Of a stretch of 64,000 nucleotides of DNA, positions 49,415-63,419 are shown in pieces; the first letter of the stretch is position 1; each line of letters opens with the position of its first letter. The position numbers and the translations under genes were made by a program. The notes below the pieces were generated by a model. The model was not told the DNA's origin. It saw only the letters and a program-made list of their open reading frames with translations, and ran no database searches. Source of the DNA: Hamiltosporidium tvaerminnensis FI-OER-3-3 (lineage: Eukaryota; Fungi; Microsporidia); assembly GCA_022605425.2 (NCBI GenBank), contig CM061248.1, positions 248,001-312,000 on the forward strand, written 5' to 3'.

Positions 49415-52400
49415 TTAGCTGCCCTATCCGGTTGCGTGATCTAAACAGCAAAAAAAACTTCACATTTACATTTATAAATTTTACTAGTATTTATCCTTAT
49501 ATCTGAGAGCCTTTGCGTTTATAATATTTTTTGCTTTTTTTCTAGAAAGTATACTAATAAATCGGAAGGTTTTCCACGTCGAAAGAGCCCATAGAGGTGA
49601 CAATGCTGGAAATCGGAATCTTTATATCCATTCCACATATATGCACCGATTTTCTTTGAGCTTTGTTTATTTTCATCACAAAGGCGAGTCGCACAGGAAC
49701 TGTAAACGTTTAAATTAAAATGGCATATTTGTTGGATCTATTTGAATTCGTGGAAAAAGTACATCTTCCCTTTACATTTAATATTCAAAATAGTGGCATA
49801 ATTAACACTATTTATAAGTTTTTTCACCGAAAGTCTCACACAGTTACAAAGTTTTGAAGAAGAATGATAGACACATCTATTTTTAATTTTAAAACATGAA
49901 GTGGGGTACCTGGAAAATCCAGTAAATTTAAAAATTCCGTTTGATACGCGACTTCTTCTTTATCGATTCCGGTATCTATAGAATTATATGTTTTAATTTC
50001 ACCTGTTATTAGATTTAGAACTTTAAAATCAATAAAATTCACATAATTGTTGGTATCAGCTAAAATAGCACGCACCACGACATCAAACCACTTATAGTTT
50101 TTGCAATTTTCTGTAATATTTGGAAAAATGTTTTAGATCAATTGTTTTTAGTTGATATTATGTTAAAAAAATTTGCTAGGAATTTGATGCAATATATAGA
50201 TTTTCCGAATGGCAAATTCGCATATCTCAAAAGCTTTTATTGTTTTATGAAGCGTTTTAACAGTTGCATCATTTTGTAGTTAACATGTATATTGGTTTAT
50301 GAGTCAATTTTTTTATAATTCTCCATGAAACAACAATTTGTGACACGCACATAGATTATCAGTCAGTGTTGAACGTGGAATTACTTGCAATGTTTGAATA
50401 AAATCGACAGAAAATGAAATCAGCAATCCATCGAAAAGTAGTTATTTTCTCGCAAATCTTGCTGTGTAAGATCAAGCGCTTCCGATGTTTTTTTAGTGGG
50501 ACATTTTGTATTCTTCTCGTATAATAATTTTACATGTTTGAAGAACTTTATCATTGTGGAATTTTTAGTGATATTACACGTTTGCATCTCACTTGTTTGT
50601 AAATTCAATGGTGATTTTAGCACTGACTGTGCTTCTAGACTAATTTATAAATGTTTTTTTCGCATTTCAGATGTCGATCGCAAGTGCAATTTTATTCTGG
50701 TATCATATAGAAGCCCGAATCAATAAGACAAAAAAAAGTTTTTCTTATACCTTCTAGCGCATCTATAAAAAACAATCCACCGTTTTTATCCAATATCTGA
50801 TAGTTTTTTGCAACAAATGCTCAAATCCTTTACATTTGGGTTTGTTTTACGTTCTAAATCCGCGCTCAATAAATATCATTTTGAGTTGATTTCCCAAAAT
50901 ACTCAATTGCATACATCTTTGTGAACGATTGCGACATATATCTTCAATCGTAACTAAAGCGGGGATTGTATAAGCTTAAAGATAAACGCATATCAGAGTT
51001 TTTTATTCTCAAACTAATTAAGATGTCTTCATTCCTTATATCTTTGTATTTTCTCAATTTTTTTCGGATATGATGAGAAACTCGAAGTCAATATTTTCGA
51101 AATAGAGTGTTTTTTCTCGAAGGTTTGATTTTTTTACAAGCTTCTAGATAGGTTGCGCATCCTTAAACAGCTACTTTTTTATGCTCTTGGAAAGATTTCA
51201 TCCGCGATGTTAACTAACAGCAGCTGCAAGTAACAAGTTTCTAGATTGTTTGGTTAGACTGTATAAAGAAAGCCTAACGAATCGATCACATACATATTAA
51301 AATTTCCCTTAACTATTTCCCCTAGTTTACGACAACGAAAATTTTTAGTCACTACATTCCATATGTAAAAATGCGGCACTTCAGAGTAAAGTAACGTTTC
51401 TGGTTTGAAATCTTAAATGTATAATTTAAAGAACGCGGTTGATGTAGTCTATGGTGGAGACAATGTTTTTGTATGTATATTTTCCTTTGTAAAATACAAA
51501 CGATGCCCATTTTTGAGATAAACAACTAAATGAACACTTTTGGATGCGTTTAGGAATTGCAAATGAAAAAAAATGCTAAGTAGCGTCTTGATACTAATGA
51601 AATCTTTTAATTTATATTTTTTGATTTTAATAATTGGTGGTTGTATATTTTGTAAAGAAAAAATTGCCATATTGCTTTTTTTGTCGACATATTTACACAT
51701 GTATTTGATTTATTTAACTGTTTGCAATTCTCGATATTAATATGGGTTTTGAATGTTTTTGGAAGTAATGAAGAATATGGCACAACCCAACGATTATCCA
51801 CTTAAAATTTATTCTTTCAAACTTTAATGATAATGACTCTTCCACCTTCTTCAATATATCGGAGACTAAATTTTTCAAATCCATCATTTCCTGTTATTAT
51901 CTCGGCGTATAAGTCTCTTAGATAGCTTTTCGTGCATTTTGTATTTTTCATACACGAAGAATCTTTGTTAATCGCCTCCCCTAATCCATAAATCATGTTT
52001 TTTGTAATACTTTACACAAACGAGATCATTTCTGAATGGGTATTTCTGCTGAAATTATATTATCAATCGACCATATAATAAGTACATGGGGTAATCCTAT
52101 TTTTTGAGCGTTGATAGAGTACATCTGACAGCGCGTGTTTTCAAAAACATGATGTTTTGAAATATTACCTATCCTTGATTTCTATTTTTGTTTAAATACA
52201 CGTGCAATGATGTCATGACGATTCGAAGAAGATTACAGGCAACAGAAGTTCCTTTATTTCATCCCAAGTAGGATTGCACGTGAATATTATGAATAAATCT
52301 GAGAACCATATCTAGAACATAAGTTATTGCATGTTGTGCGCATTCATGCAAGTGTCGTAGACTTCCGTTAATTTAGCAGGCGGTATGATCATTTTTTCTA

Positions 52401-54036
52401 GTTCGCCGAGATCGCTGCAGTAGAAACAGCGTCTCTTAAAGGTATATATTCCCAGGGCTTAATTTGATTTAATTTAATCGAATGAAAACTAGTTGTTCGG
52501 TTTCGATTTTTGGCATATATATCGACAATGCCTTGATGAAACAATTGCAACATTTAAAAATGTGATTATTTTGGTTTTTACGGATCACCAATCGATATGA
52601 ATAGTAATTCATAGCACTGACTTTCTTATTGATCTCTTCATGTATTGTTTGATTTTTCATTTTTATGTTGAAATGATATCTATCTCTTCTTTCGAGAATA
52701 AAATTGGATATTGTAATGCGTCATAAGAGCGATAAGTTTCGAACACTCGCCTAAACATTACCGTCTCTTCGAAAGAAAACTATATCTCAAACGTTAAATC
52801 CAGTTCCAATGATAATAGTTACATCTTCATCAATTTTTTGATCGTTATTTTTCTTTCGTGTTCGCCGGCTGTTGTTAGTCTGCTCTAAGATAACCATAAC
52901 TGTCAGCTGGCATTCGTTCAATATTTGTCTTAAACAGAACGACTAGATAGTTGTGTGGATCAAATAAAATTTATAATGCAGCAATAATTTATCAATAAGT
53001 GTTAGTATTTATCCGACAACGTACATCCATTTCTTTATCCCTGGTTCCCATAAAATAAATTTAAAGGAAGTTATGATCTAAATTTGATATTTATAGTAAT
53101 AATCCAGCTCGATTATATATTTGTCCTGGACTTTGTAAGTAACATATAATTTTAACGTATAATTAAAGTTGCACTCAAATGATGATATTTGAAAACTTAA
53201 ATATGCATAAATATATATGGAAAGAAATGTTTTGATTGTATTGTATCGCATGACAAATCGGTAGATGATGGTTCCGGTTAAGAATTTAATTCCGGTAATT
53301 TTACTTTTCACCTGCACAGCACATTCCTGGGTTTCGGTCGCAAATTTCAGTGCAAAATAAAACGCACAAACATTTTAATTTTTCTAAAAAAGACATAACC
53401 ATAATGACCGTAATTATAATTAGCCTAATATTGAACGAAGAAAAATTTATTTTAGCGTATAATGTTCTTCTAATTCAAATATTACGTTACCATTGGTTCA
53501 CAGTCTTGCTTTTCGTCGTTCTTTTGTTTCATTAGAATGAGCGTGGGCAGTATATAATTGACCGAGAGCTGATCTTAATTGTCGAGACTCTTCTGTTTTA
53601 TTAGAGCGAGGTTATGTATTTAGTAATCAAGTTTTATCCAATTTTTGTTCCCTTTGTTCTTCTGTTTTAATTTAACGGACATTTGCAGATACTTTTAGAA
53701 TGGTGCACAATCTTCGGTTTTATTTCTATTTCCCCCAATTACTCACCATGTCGGGTGCAGAATTGGCTTGGAGTATTCTCTGCTTATCGTAAGAGGCGAC
53801 TAAAAGGAACTGGTCCTCTATGTTGGGGTTGGGCGTAGGGCTTAAAATCACCCTTTAAAACCACCTTATTACGAAACCCGAAAAGGTAAACAAATCCACT
53901 AAATAGAAGACCAACGGGTGGCATTACTGAGGGAGGCCAAGGCTCTTGTAGGACTTTAGTACCGAGGATAAATAAATAAAATAAAAATTGTTTCTCAAGC
54001 CTATAACAACATTTTCTTTCTTTCCACCTTTATAGA
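49415..54036 (-). mobile_element. Decayed Helitron (Rep-PIF1 helicase pseudogene), copy 1
   Basis: Remnants DLFIIFTCNPTWDEI, QKIGLPHVL, DNRWVVPYS..HINIE, EFLNLLDFPG..HVLKLK, PVRLAFVMKINKAQ. Putative 3' end gggcagCTAA|T at 49415 and 5' end A|TCTATAAAG at 54036 (termini tentative). Confidence 0.85.
53740..53988 (+). mobile_element. Short non-autonomous RTE-like element (5' UTR-like part joined to 3' end and TAAA tail), copy 1
   Basis: GC-rich island; ctgcttatcgtaagaggcgactaaaagg and ggtcctc..gttggggttgggcgtagggct resemble RTE 5' UTR motifs as I recall them; gaggccaaggc...(taaa)n 3' end. Confidence 0.5.
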
Positions 54037-54702
54037 TCAAGAATGTTTTTCCGTTTTTTAGGCATAACTTCTTTAGTCACAACTTCCTATCTATTATTTT
54101 TAAAAAAAGTAGAAAAAGAAAGATTGAAGGTAAAAACCAAATAAAAGCTATAAATAAAAATTATAAATACTAACACTCTTTTAATCGATAAGCACTTTAA
54201 TAACACCTCTTTAAACTAGTAACACTTATTTTAATAGCATTCTTTAAATACTTCAATTCTGATTTAATCCTTTGCATACATCGCTATATATTAATATTAT
54301 TTGGAATCACCTCCTTTTATTAGCGTCTTTAAAAGAAATCTAGTAATAAGCACTTTTCTCAATTTACCTAATTATAGAAACTATACCCCTTTATTTAAAA
54401 AAATATATTCCCTTTTTGAAAATATATTTTTTTTTGAAAATATCATCCCTTTTTTTGTAAAAAAATTTCTTTATTTACTGTTTAAGACACACATAATATA
54501 CATTTTTATCTATAAAAAATAATATTTTTCAGTTATCAAATGATAATTTCCAAGGAACAAATTAAAATGCATTTAAACAATATTATATAAAAATCTGACA
54601 AAAATGGAAAACTATGATATAATCATCGAAAATTAATACAAAAATGGAAATTGCAAAAATCTTGTTTGAAAAAAATATAAAAGGGAGTTTTTTCTAAAAA
54701 AT

Positions 54703-55944
54703 ATGAAATATTCAAAGTTAAATATATTTTATTTTCTGTGCATATTGTTTGCTATTTCAGTTGTTTCTTATGAAATAATATTCATGAAAAAATATATAAA
54801 TGATCTTTCTAATTCAACTGAAATATTCCAGGAATCAGAAATTCTTAAAAAATTGTATGAAAGAAATGAAAAATCCTTCAAAACTAAACAAATATATACA
54901 ACAGAAAAATACATAGCTCTTTTATGGTTACAAATATACGAAATATTAACATGTTTGGGGATTTCACTCATATTTATTTCAAAAAAAGCACGAAAAATTA
55001 TATTTGACAAATTAAATCAAAACAATACAACTGAAATACCATTTCTAACTTTAAAAAAATCAGAAATATCGTATTTTACACTTTTCGGAATTCTCATTTT
55101 CACATTTAAAATTATTAAATACTTACTCTTTAGTTGTAAAATAGGATTCGATGCTTTTGATTTTCGATCTCAAATCAATAACCTCATACGTGTAATTATT
55201 TTTATATCTTACACCGGTTCTTTTTTAGCTTCATTGTTTCTCAAATTTTATAAAAGAAAATATTTTTACATTACGATAATAGCTTTTGGTCTATTCATAT
55301 ATTTTAGTATATCTTTTAAAGAAATGGGAGATCCTACAATCGCAGGATACGAGAGAATAGACCCAACAACACTAGACATTCAAATACAAGAAGCAATAAC
55401 CAAATGCGAATTAGGAAATGATATTTTTGTAAAGCGAACCGGTAGTTTTTTTACGAATGCTTTCTTTGCCATAAATTTCGTTACAAAACGTATAATATTA
55501 GACGGTGAAATTTTTAAAGGAAAATATTCTACACAAGGTATATTATCTCACGAACTTGGACATGCCATGGATGGGAGAAACATTCTATTTGCAAAAATTA
55601 CATTAGAAATACTCAGCTTTGTTTTTATTTTGTTCTTTGTTGATTGTTTGGTTTCGAAATATTTTGTAGATGAAAATGTTTCAAGAGATTGTTCAAGTGC
55701 GGTTCTTTTTTTATTTTATTTAAGCTATTTCCACGTCTGTTTAAAACCCATGAATAATATTTTGTCACAAATATTCGAATTTAGAGCAGATTCTTTTGCT
55801 AAATCACTCTCTCAGCATATTCCTCTGGCTAATTCTCTTTTTTTAATCTCGTTTACCAAAGAACCCTTTGTATCAAGCAAACTATACAGTGCTTTGCTTT
55901 ACACACATCCAAGTATTTATGACAGACTAAAAAAATTTGATTGA
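54703..55944 (+). CDS. M48 zinc metallopeptidase, copy 2
   Basis: 413 aa, same motifs as 47092..48333, catalytic core identical. Confidence 0.92.
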   Translation: MKYSKLNIFYFLCILFAISVVSYEIIFMKKYINDLSNSTEIFQESEILKKLYERNEKSFKTKQIYTTEKYIALLWLQIYEILTCLGISLIFISKKARKIIFDKLNQNNTTEIPFLTLKKSEISYFTLFGILIFTFKIIKYLLFSCKIGFDAFDFRSQINNLIRVIIFISYTGSFLASLFLKFYKRKYFYITIIAFGLFIYFSISFKEMGDPTIAGYERIDPTTLDIQIQEAITKCELGNDIFVKRTGSFFTNAFFAINFVTKRIILDGEIFKGKYSTQGILSHELGHAMDGRNILFAKITLEILSFVFILFFVDCLVSKYFVDENVSRDCSSAVLFLFYLSYFHVCLKPMNNILSQIFEFRADSFAKSLSQHIPLANSLFLISFTKEPFVSSKLYSALLYTHPSIYDRLKKFD

Positions 55945-56284
55945 AAATAAAAAAAATAAAGTTTACTATTTCTATTATAAAGTATTTGATTTTGATTATT
56001 TCATTAAAAAAATTTTGCTGATTTTTTACAACTAAGTTATTTTAGATGCAGTTCGGGTGAAAAATCAGTATCTCAACCGAAAATACAAAGACCATATGTA
56101 CTCACTTATTTCTAAACTTTGAAGATGTATTCTCTATATTACCTCAAAAATAAAACATATTATTTTGCAACCTTTGAATTCTTTAGAAATGATGAAATTT
56201 GAACCAGGGAAACAGAAATTTTATAAAGTTAGAGATAATAACAAATCCACATTTTTCTACGGAAATCCTGAAATTAAAGAGATA

Positions 56285-58040
56285 CTCCCTCTGTCCGGAA
56301 ATAGGGTATACATTTTAGCGATTTTTTTGTCCGGAAATATGGTATACATTTGCGAAAAAAATAAAATAAAATAAAAAATATACAGGACAAGTTTATTATA
56401 TTATCTTTATTTCGAACATTAAATAAATATTAATGTAAATATTAAATAAAATTTAAAAAAACATATCTTAAAATTAATAAGTTCACTCGAAATTTGATTT
56501 AGGTTTAACGTTGCTTTTTTAGAACATACATATTTTTCTAGCAGTCGACCTTCGCGACGAAGTTTTCCTTTACTTAAATGAGGTATTTTATAGCAATTTC
56601 CACCATCTGCTAGCATAATTGACTCCATACATGCTTGCAATGTTGTAAAAACGTTATCGAGAGTATTCGCTTCTAATTGATGAAATGCATCTTGAACACA
56701 ATTTATTAATTCGTCAATTGTGTGTGGCGAAGCTTGATGTTGCAGCGATTGTATGGAGATGAAAAAACCTAAATTAAGAACATTTAAATCGGGGCTATTT
56801 GCCGGTTGCACCTTAAATTTGATATTCCGGTCATCAGCAGAAAGAAGAGCGACAATATCTGCATCATTATCAGAAAAATGGGGTTCTGCATTGTCTTGTT
56901 GTACGTAAATTGTTTTCTTTTTGTATGCTGGCGGAAATTTAGATTTAATTTCGGGAATTACATTATCAATGATCATGTTTTTGCAATGACTGCTGTAAAA
57001 GATTCCACATTTTTTTTATCATTGTCCCTTTATCCCTATTCTTAGAATTTTTTTGAGCTGGTTCTTGATAAACAAATGGCTATATTCCAATTTTCCCATC
57101 AAAATAAAGCTTTCGATGTGCATCATAGCGTGGTCGAGCTACTGCCGCCATGAACATTATTTTCGTAATAAATCGCTTAGTTTTGCAGTTTCTCACCGGT
57201 TTTTCTTCGTTTAACATTTAGTAATAAGAGCGCTTAACTTTAGTTAGATAAAACCACTTTTCATCAATGTGAACGTAGTCCTACAAATCATCAAAAAAAA
57301 AGTCTCCATTATTAGCAAGATTTACTTTAACAAGCAAAATTCCAATCTGTATATGTTATTTTAATCTGTTTTAGTTGGTTTAACTGTAGAAGATATTCTC
57401 TTGATATACTTTCCCGACTTGAATATATCAAACAAAGTTGATTTTGGAATATAAATTGCAAAGTAAAGACTGCGGAGCGTTCCTCGACGATTTAATGGTG
57501 TATTCCTTATTTGCGCTAAATTGTTCGAATATTCTTTAGGTTTTCTTCTGCATCTTTTATTCTTTTTTGAAGAAACATCGGCACATATCTTGCCTTTTCT
57601 GTATTGAGTTTGTGCTGCATGCCAAATTCTGCTAACAGTTAGCCGGGAAACTTGGAAGGCAGAAGAAACTTCGTTGATGGCACCGTGTTTTAACTTATTC
57701 TTCTTCATCTGCCGTAATAATTTTTCTAAAATACTTTGACGTTGTTCTTTAGTTAACTCTTTATATTTTGAATCTCTGCTTTCTAAATTCAACAAATTTC
57801 CTTCAAAATTTTCTTTATTATTCGTCTTGTAGCGGTACTGATTTATTTACCTTAAGAAACACTGATGTTTGAGCGGTAACTTTTTAACTAAGAATGATAT
57901 TACTAAAGTTAAATATTTTAGGTTATATTGTCATGAATATTTACTATGACAATTTCATGACGGTTGCCTATTTATTTTTTATATTCACGATAATCTATGA
58001 TTTTTTTTGAAATGTATACCATATTTCCGGACATAGGGAG
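56285..58040 (-). mobile_element. Tc1/mariner DNA transposon, DD39D ('plant mariner'-type), defective
   Basis: ~31-bp TIRs ctccct(c/a)tgtccggaaata(g/t)ggtatacattt; TA TSD shown by the empty site gagaTAtaaaata near 48670 in duplicate copy 1. Confidence 0.95.
56419..57795 (-). pseudogene. Frameshifted DD39D transposase
   Basis: HTH N-terminus (57361-57795), HIDEKWFYLT (~57245-57275), QQDNAEPH...QPANSPDLNVLNLGFF with 39-aa spacing and the third Asp replaced by Asn. Confidence 0.9.
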
Positions 58041-58782
58041 TATAAAATATAAAAAATTTTCTTCAAAAAAAAACATAAAACACACAATTTGCAAATTTTT
58101 TTATGAAAAACAAAATAAAAAAGAATTCATTCGAAGACATTAATGCAGAAGATACTGAGCAGCATTTGGATTTCTTTCAGACGGATCGTGAAATACAACA
58201 ATAAAATCCATGAAAAAGAAATTCCTTGTTAGAATAGAAATGAATTTAAAAGAAAAAAATAAAGATTTTAACATTATGTGGACAAAAGAAAATCGATAAG
58301 TATTGCAAACTAAATGTAAAAAACAGGATACTCTGTCATTACTATACAATACAATGCAATAAATCAGAAATTACATCTATTTATTCAATATACATATAAA
58401 TTCAAGTCTTCAAAACGAATTTAAGATCTCGCTGACAATAATTCTTAAAAATTAATATATAAAAATAAGAATAAACACTAAATATCAAAACAGATGTCGA
58501 GTGTAAAATAAAAACACTGATACATTTATTTTTGATAGAACTATTAGTTAAACCATATCTATCTGGATTGGAAAAACGTCTCACAATATTCTTTAAATCG
58601 TTGAAACTAGGAAAATTAAAAAATGGAAGACTTTTAGTTAATCAAAAAGTTATTTTTTTTATTTTATGTTGATTTCATTGTATATATTGCAATTATATTA
58701 CAGTTTATTGTAATTTATAACATATAATATATTTTAACAACCTTCAAATACCAGTAAGAATATTCGCATTTTTTATGTCAGA

Positions 58783-61700
58783 TTAGCTGCCCTATCCGGT
58801 TGCGTGATCTAAACAGCAAAAAAAAACTTCACTTTACATTTTTAAATTTTACTAGTATTTATCCTTATATCCGAGAGCCTTTGCGTTTATAATATTATTT
58901 GCTTTTTTTCTAGAAAGTATACTAATAAATCGGAAGGTTTTCCACGCCGAAAGAGCCCATAGAGGTGACAATGCTGGAAATCAGAGTCTTTAAATCCATT
59001 CCACATATATGCACCGATTTTCTTTGTGCTTTGTTTATTTTCATCACAAAGGCGAGTCGCACAGGAACTGTAAACGTTTAAATTAAAATGGCATATTTGT
59101 TGGACCTATTTGAATTCGTGGAAACAGTACATCTTCCCTTTACATTTAATATTCAAAATAGTGGCATAATTAACACTATTTATAAGTTTTTTCACCGAAA
59201 GTCTCACACAGTTACAAAGTTTTGATGGTTTGATGTTTTGAAGAAGAATGATAGACCCACCTATTTTTAATTTTAAAACATGAAGTGGGGTGTACCTGGA
59301 AAATCCAGTAAATTTAAAAATTCCGTTTGATACGCGACTTCTTCTTTATCGATTCCGGTATCTATAGAATTATATGTTTTTATTTCACCTGTTATTAGAT
59401 TTAGAACTTTAAAATCAATAAAATTCACATAATTGTTGGTATCAGCTAAAATAGCACGTACAACGACATCAAACCACTTATAGTTTTTGCAATTTTCTGT
59501 AATATTTGGAAAAATGTTTTAGATCAATTGTTTTTAGTTGATATTATGTTAAAAAAATTTGCTAGGAATTTGATGCAATTGATAGATTTTCCGAATGGCA
59601 AATTCGCATATCTCAAAAGCTTTTATTGTTTTATGAAGCGTTTTAACAGTTGCATCATTTTGTAGTTAACATGTATATTGGTTTATGAGTCAATTTTTTT
59701 ATAATTCTCCATGAAACAACAATTTGTGACACGCACATAGATTATCAGTCAGTGTTGAACGTGGAATTACTTGCAATGTTTGAATAAAATCGACAGAAAA
59801 TGAAATCAGCAATCCATCGAAAAGTAGTTATTTTCTCGCAAATCTTGCTGTGTAAGATCAAGCGCTTCCGATGTTTTTTTAGTGGGACATTTTGTATTCT
59901 TCTCGTATAATAATTTTACATGTTTGAAGAACTTTATCATTGTGGAATTTTTAGTGATATTACACGTTTGCATCTCACTTGTTTGTAAATTCAATGGTGA
60001 TTTTAGCACTGACTGTGCTTCTAGACTAATTTCTAAATGTTTTTTTCGCATTTCAGATGTCGATCGCAAGTGCAATTTTATTCTGGTATCATATAGAAGC
60101 CCGAATCAATAAGACAAAAAAAAGTTTTTCTTATACCTTCTAGCGCATCTATAAAAAACAATCCACCGTTTTTATCCAATATCTGATAATTTTTTGCAAC
60201 AAATGCTCAAATCCTTTACATTTGGGTTCGTTTTACGTTCTAAATCCGCGCTCAATAAATATCATTTTGAGTTGATTTCCCAAAATACTCAATTGCATAC
60301 ATCTTTGTGAACGATTGCGACATATATCTTCAATCGTAACTAAAGCGGGGATTGTATACGCTTAAAGATAAACGCATATCAGTGTTTTTTATTCTCAAAC
60401 TAATTAAGATGTCTTCATTCCTTATATCTTTGTATTTTCTCAATTTTTTTCGGATATGATGAGAAACTCGAAGTCAATATTTTAGAAATAGAGTGTTTTT
60501 TCTCGAAGGTTTGATTTTTTTACAAGCTTCTAGATAGGTTGCGCATCCTTAAACAGCTACTTTTTTATGCTCTTGGAAAGATTTCATCCGCGATGTTAAC
60601 TAACAGCAGCTGCAAGTAACAAGTTTCTAGATTGTTTGGTTAGACTGTATAAAGACAGCCTAACGAATTGATCACATACATATTAAAATTTCCCTTAACT
60701 ATTTCCCCTAGTTTACGACAACGAAAATTTTTAGTCACTACATTCCATATGTAAAAATGCGGCACTTCAGAGTAAAGTAACGTTTCTGGTTAGAAATCTT
60801 AAATGTATAATTTAAAGAACGCGGTTGATGTAGTCTATAGTGGAGACAATGTTTTTGTATGTATATTTTCCTTTGTAAAATACAAACGATGCCCATTTTT
60901 GAGATAAACAACTAAATGAACACTTTTGGATGCGTTTAGGAATTGCAAATGAAAAAAAATGCTAAGTAGCTTCTTGATACTAATGAAATCTTTTAATTTA
61001 TATTTTTTGATTTTAATAATTGGTGGTTGTATATTTTGTAAGAAAAAATTGCCATATTGCTTTTTTTGTCGACATATTTACACATGTATTTGATTTATTT
61101 AACTGTTTGCAATTCTCGATATTAATATGGGTTTTGAATGTTTTTGGAAGTAATGAAGAATATGGCACAACCCAAAGATTATCCACTTAAAATTTATTCT
61201 TTCAAACTTTAATGATAATGACTCTTCCACCTTCTTCAATATATCGGAGACTAAATTTTTTAAACCCTTCATTTCCTGTTATTATCTCGGCGTATAAGTC
61301 TCTTAGATAGCTTTTCGTGCATTTTGTATTTTTCATACACGAAGAATCTTTGTTAATCGCCTCCCCTAATCCATAAATCATGTTTTTTGTAATACTTTAC
61401 ACAAACGAGATCATTTCTGAATGGGTATTTCTGCTGAAATTATATTATCAATCGACCATATAATAAGTACATGGGGTAATCCTATTTTTTGAGCGTTGAT
61501 AGAGTACATCTGACAGCGCGTGTTTTCAAAAACATGATGTTTTGAAATATTACCTATCCTTGATTTCCATTTTTGTTTAAATACACGTGCAATGATGTCA
61601 TGACGATTCGAAGAAGATTACAGGCAACAGAAGTTCCTTTATTTCATCCCAAGTAGGATTGCACGTGAATGTTATGAATAAATCTGAGAACCATATCTAG

Positions 61701-63419
61701 AACATAAGTTATTGCATGTTGTGCGCATTCATGCAAGTGTCGTAGACTTCCGTTAATTTAGCAGGCGGTATGATCATTTTTTCTAGTTCGCCGAGATCGC
61801 TGCAGTAGAAACAGCGTCTCTTAAAGGTATATATTCCCAGGGCTTAATTTGATTTAATTTAATCGAATGAAAACTAGTTGTTCGGTTTCGATTTTTGGCA
61901 TATATATCGACAATGCCTTGATGAAACAATTGCAACATTTAAAAATGTGATTATTTTGGTTTTTACGGATCACCAATCGATATGAATAGTAATTCATAGC
62001 ACTGACTTTCTTATTGATCGCTTCATGTATTGTTTGATTTTTCATTTTTATGTTGAAAAGATATCTATCTCTTCTTGCGAGAATAAAATTGGACATTGTA
62101 ATGCGTCATAAGAGCGATAAGTTTCGAACACTCGCCAAACATTACCGTCTCTTCGAAAGAAAACTATATCTCGAACGTTAAATTCAGTTCCAATGATAAC
62201 AATTACTACTTCATTAATTTTTTGATCGTTGTTTTTCTTTCGGGTTTGCCGGCTGGTGTTAGTCTGCTCTAATAAACCATAACTGTCAGCTGGCATTCGT
62301 TCAATATTTGTCTTAAACAGAACGACTAGATAGTTGTGTGGATCAAATAAAATTTATAATGCAGCAATAATCTATCAATAAGTGTTAGTATTTATCCGAC
62401 AACGTATATCCATTTCTTTATCACTGGTTCCCATAGAATAAATTTGAAGGAATTTATGATCTGAATTTAATATTGATAGTAATAATCCAGCTCAATGATA
62501 TATTCGTCCTGGACTTTGTACGTAACAAATAATTTTAACGTATAATTAAAGTTGCACTCAAATGATGATATTTGAAAACTTAAAAATGCATAAATATATT
62601 TGCCAAGAAATGTTTCGATTGTATTGTATCGCATGACAAATCAGTGGATGATGGTTCCGGTTAAGAATTTAATTCCGGTAATTTTACTTTTCACCTGCAC
62701 AGCACATTCCTGGGTTTCGGTCAAAATTTCAGTGCAAAATTAAACGCACAAACATTTTAATTTTTCTAAAAAAGACATAACCATAAAGACCGTAATTATA
62801 ATTAGCCTAATATTGAACGAAGAAAAATTTATTTTAGCGTATAATGTTCTTCTAATTCAAATGTTGCGTTCTCGATTGGTTCTCAGTCTTGCTTTTCGTC
62901 GTTATTTTGTTTCATTAGAACGAGAGTGTGCAGTATATAATTGACCGAGAGCTGATCTTAATTTTCGAGACTCTTCTGTTTTATTAGAGCGGGGTTATGT
63001 ATTTAGTAATCAAGTTTTATCCAATTTTTGTTCCCTTTGTTCTTCTGTTTTAATTGAACGGACATGTGCAGATACTTTTAGAATGGCGCACAATCTTCGG
63101 TTTCATTTCTTTTTCCCCCAATTACTCACCGTGTCGGGTGCAGAATTGGCTTGGAGTATTCTCTGCTTATCGTAAGAGGCGACTAAAAGGAACTGGTCCT
63201 CTATGTTGGGGTTGGGCGTAGGGCTTAAAATCACCCTTTAAAACCACCTTATTACGAAACCCGAAAAGGTAAACAAATCCTATAAATAAAAGACCAACGG
63301 GTGGAATTACTGAGGGAGGCTAAGGCTCTTGTAGGACTTTAGTACCGAGGATAAATAAATAAAATAAAAGTTGTTTCTCAAGCCTATAACAACATTTTCT
63401 TTCTTTCTACCTTTATAGA
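58783..63419 (-). mobile_element. Decayed Helitron, copy 2
   Basis: Near-identical to 49415-54036, including most disabling mutations. Confidence 0.85.
63122..63369 (+). mobile_element. Short RTE-like element, copy 2
   Basis: Duplicate of 53740-53988. Confidence 0.5.

Noticed and set aside
56165-56374. 69-aa ORF downstream of M48 copy 2
   Set aside because: Created by read-through into the mariner TIR; the paralogous frame in unit 1 stops early.
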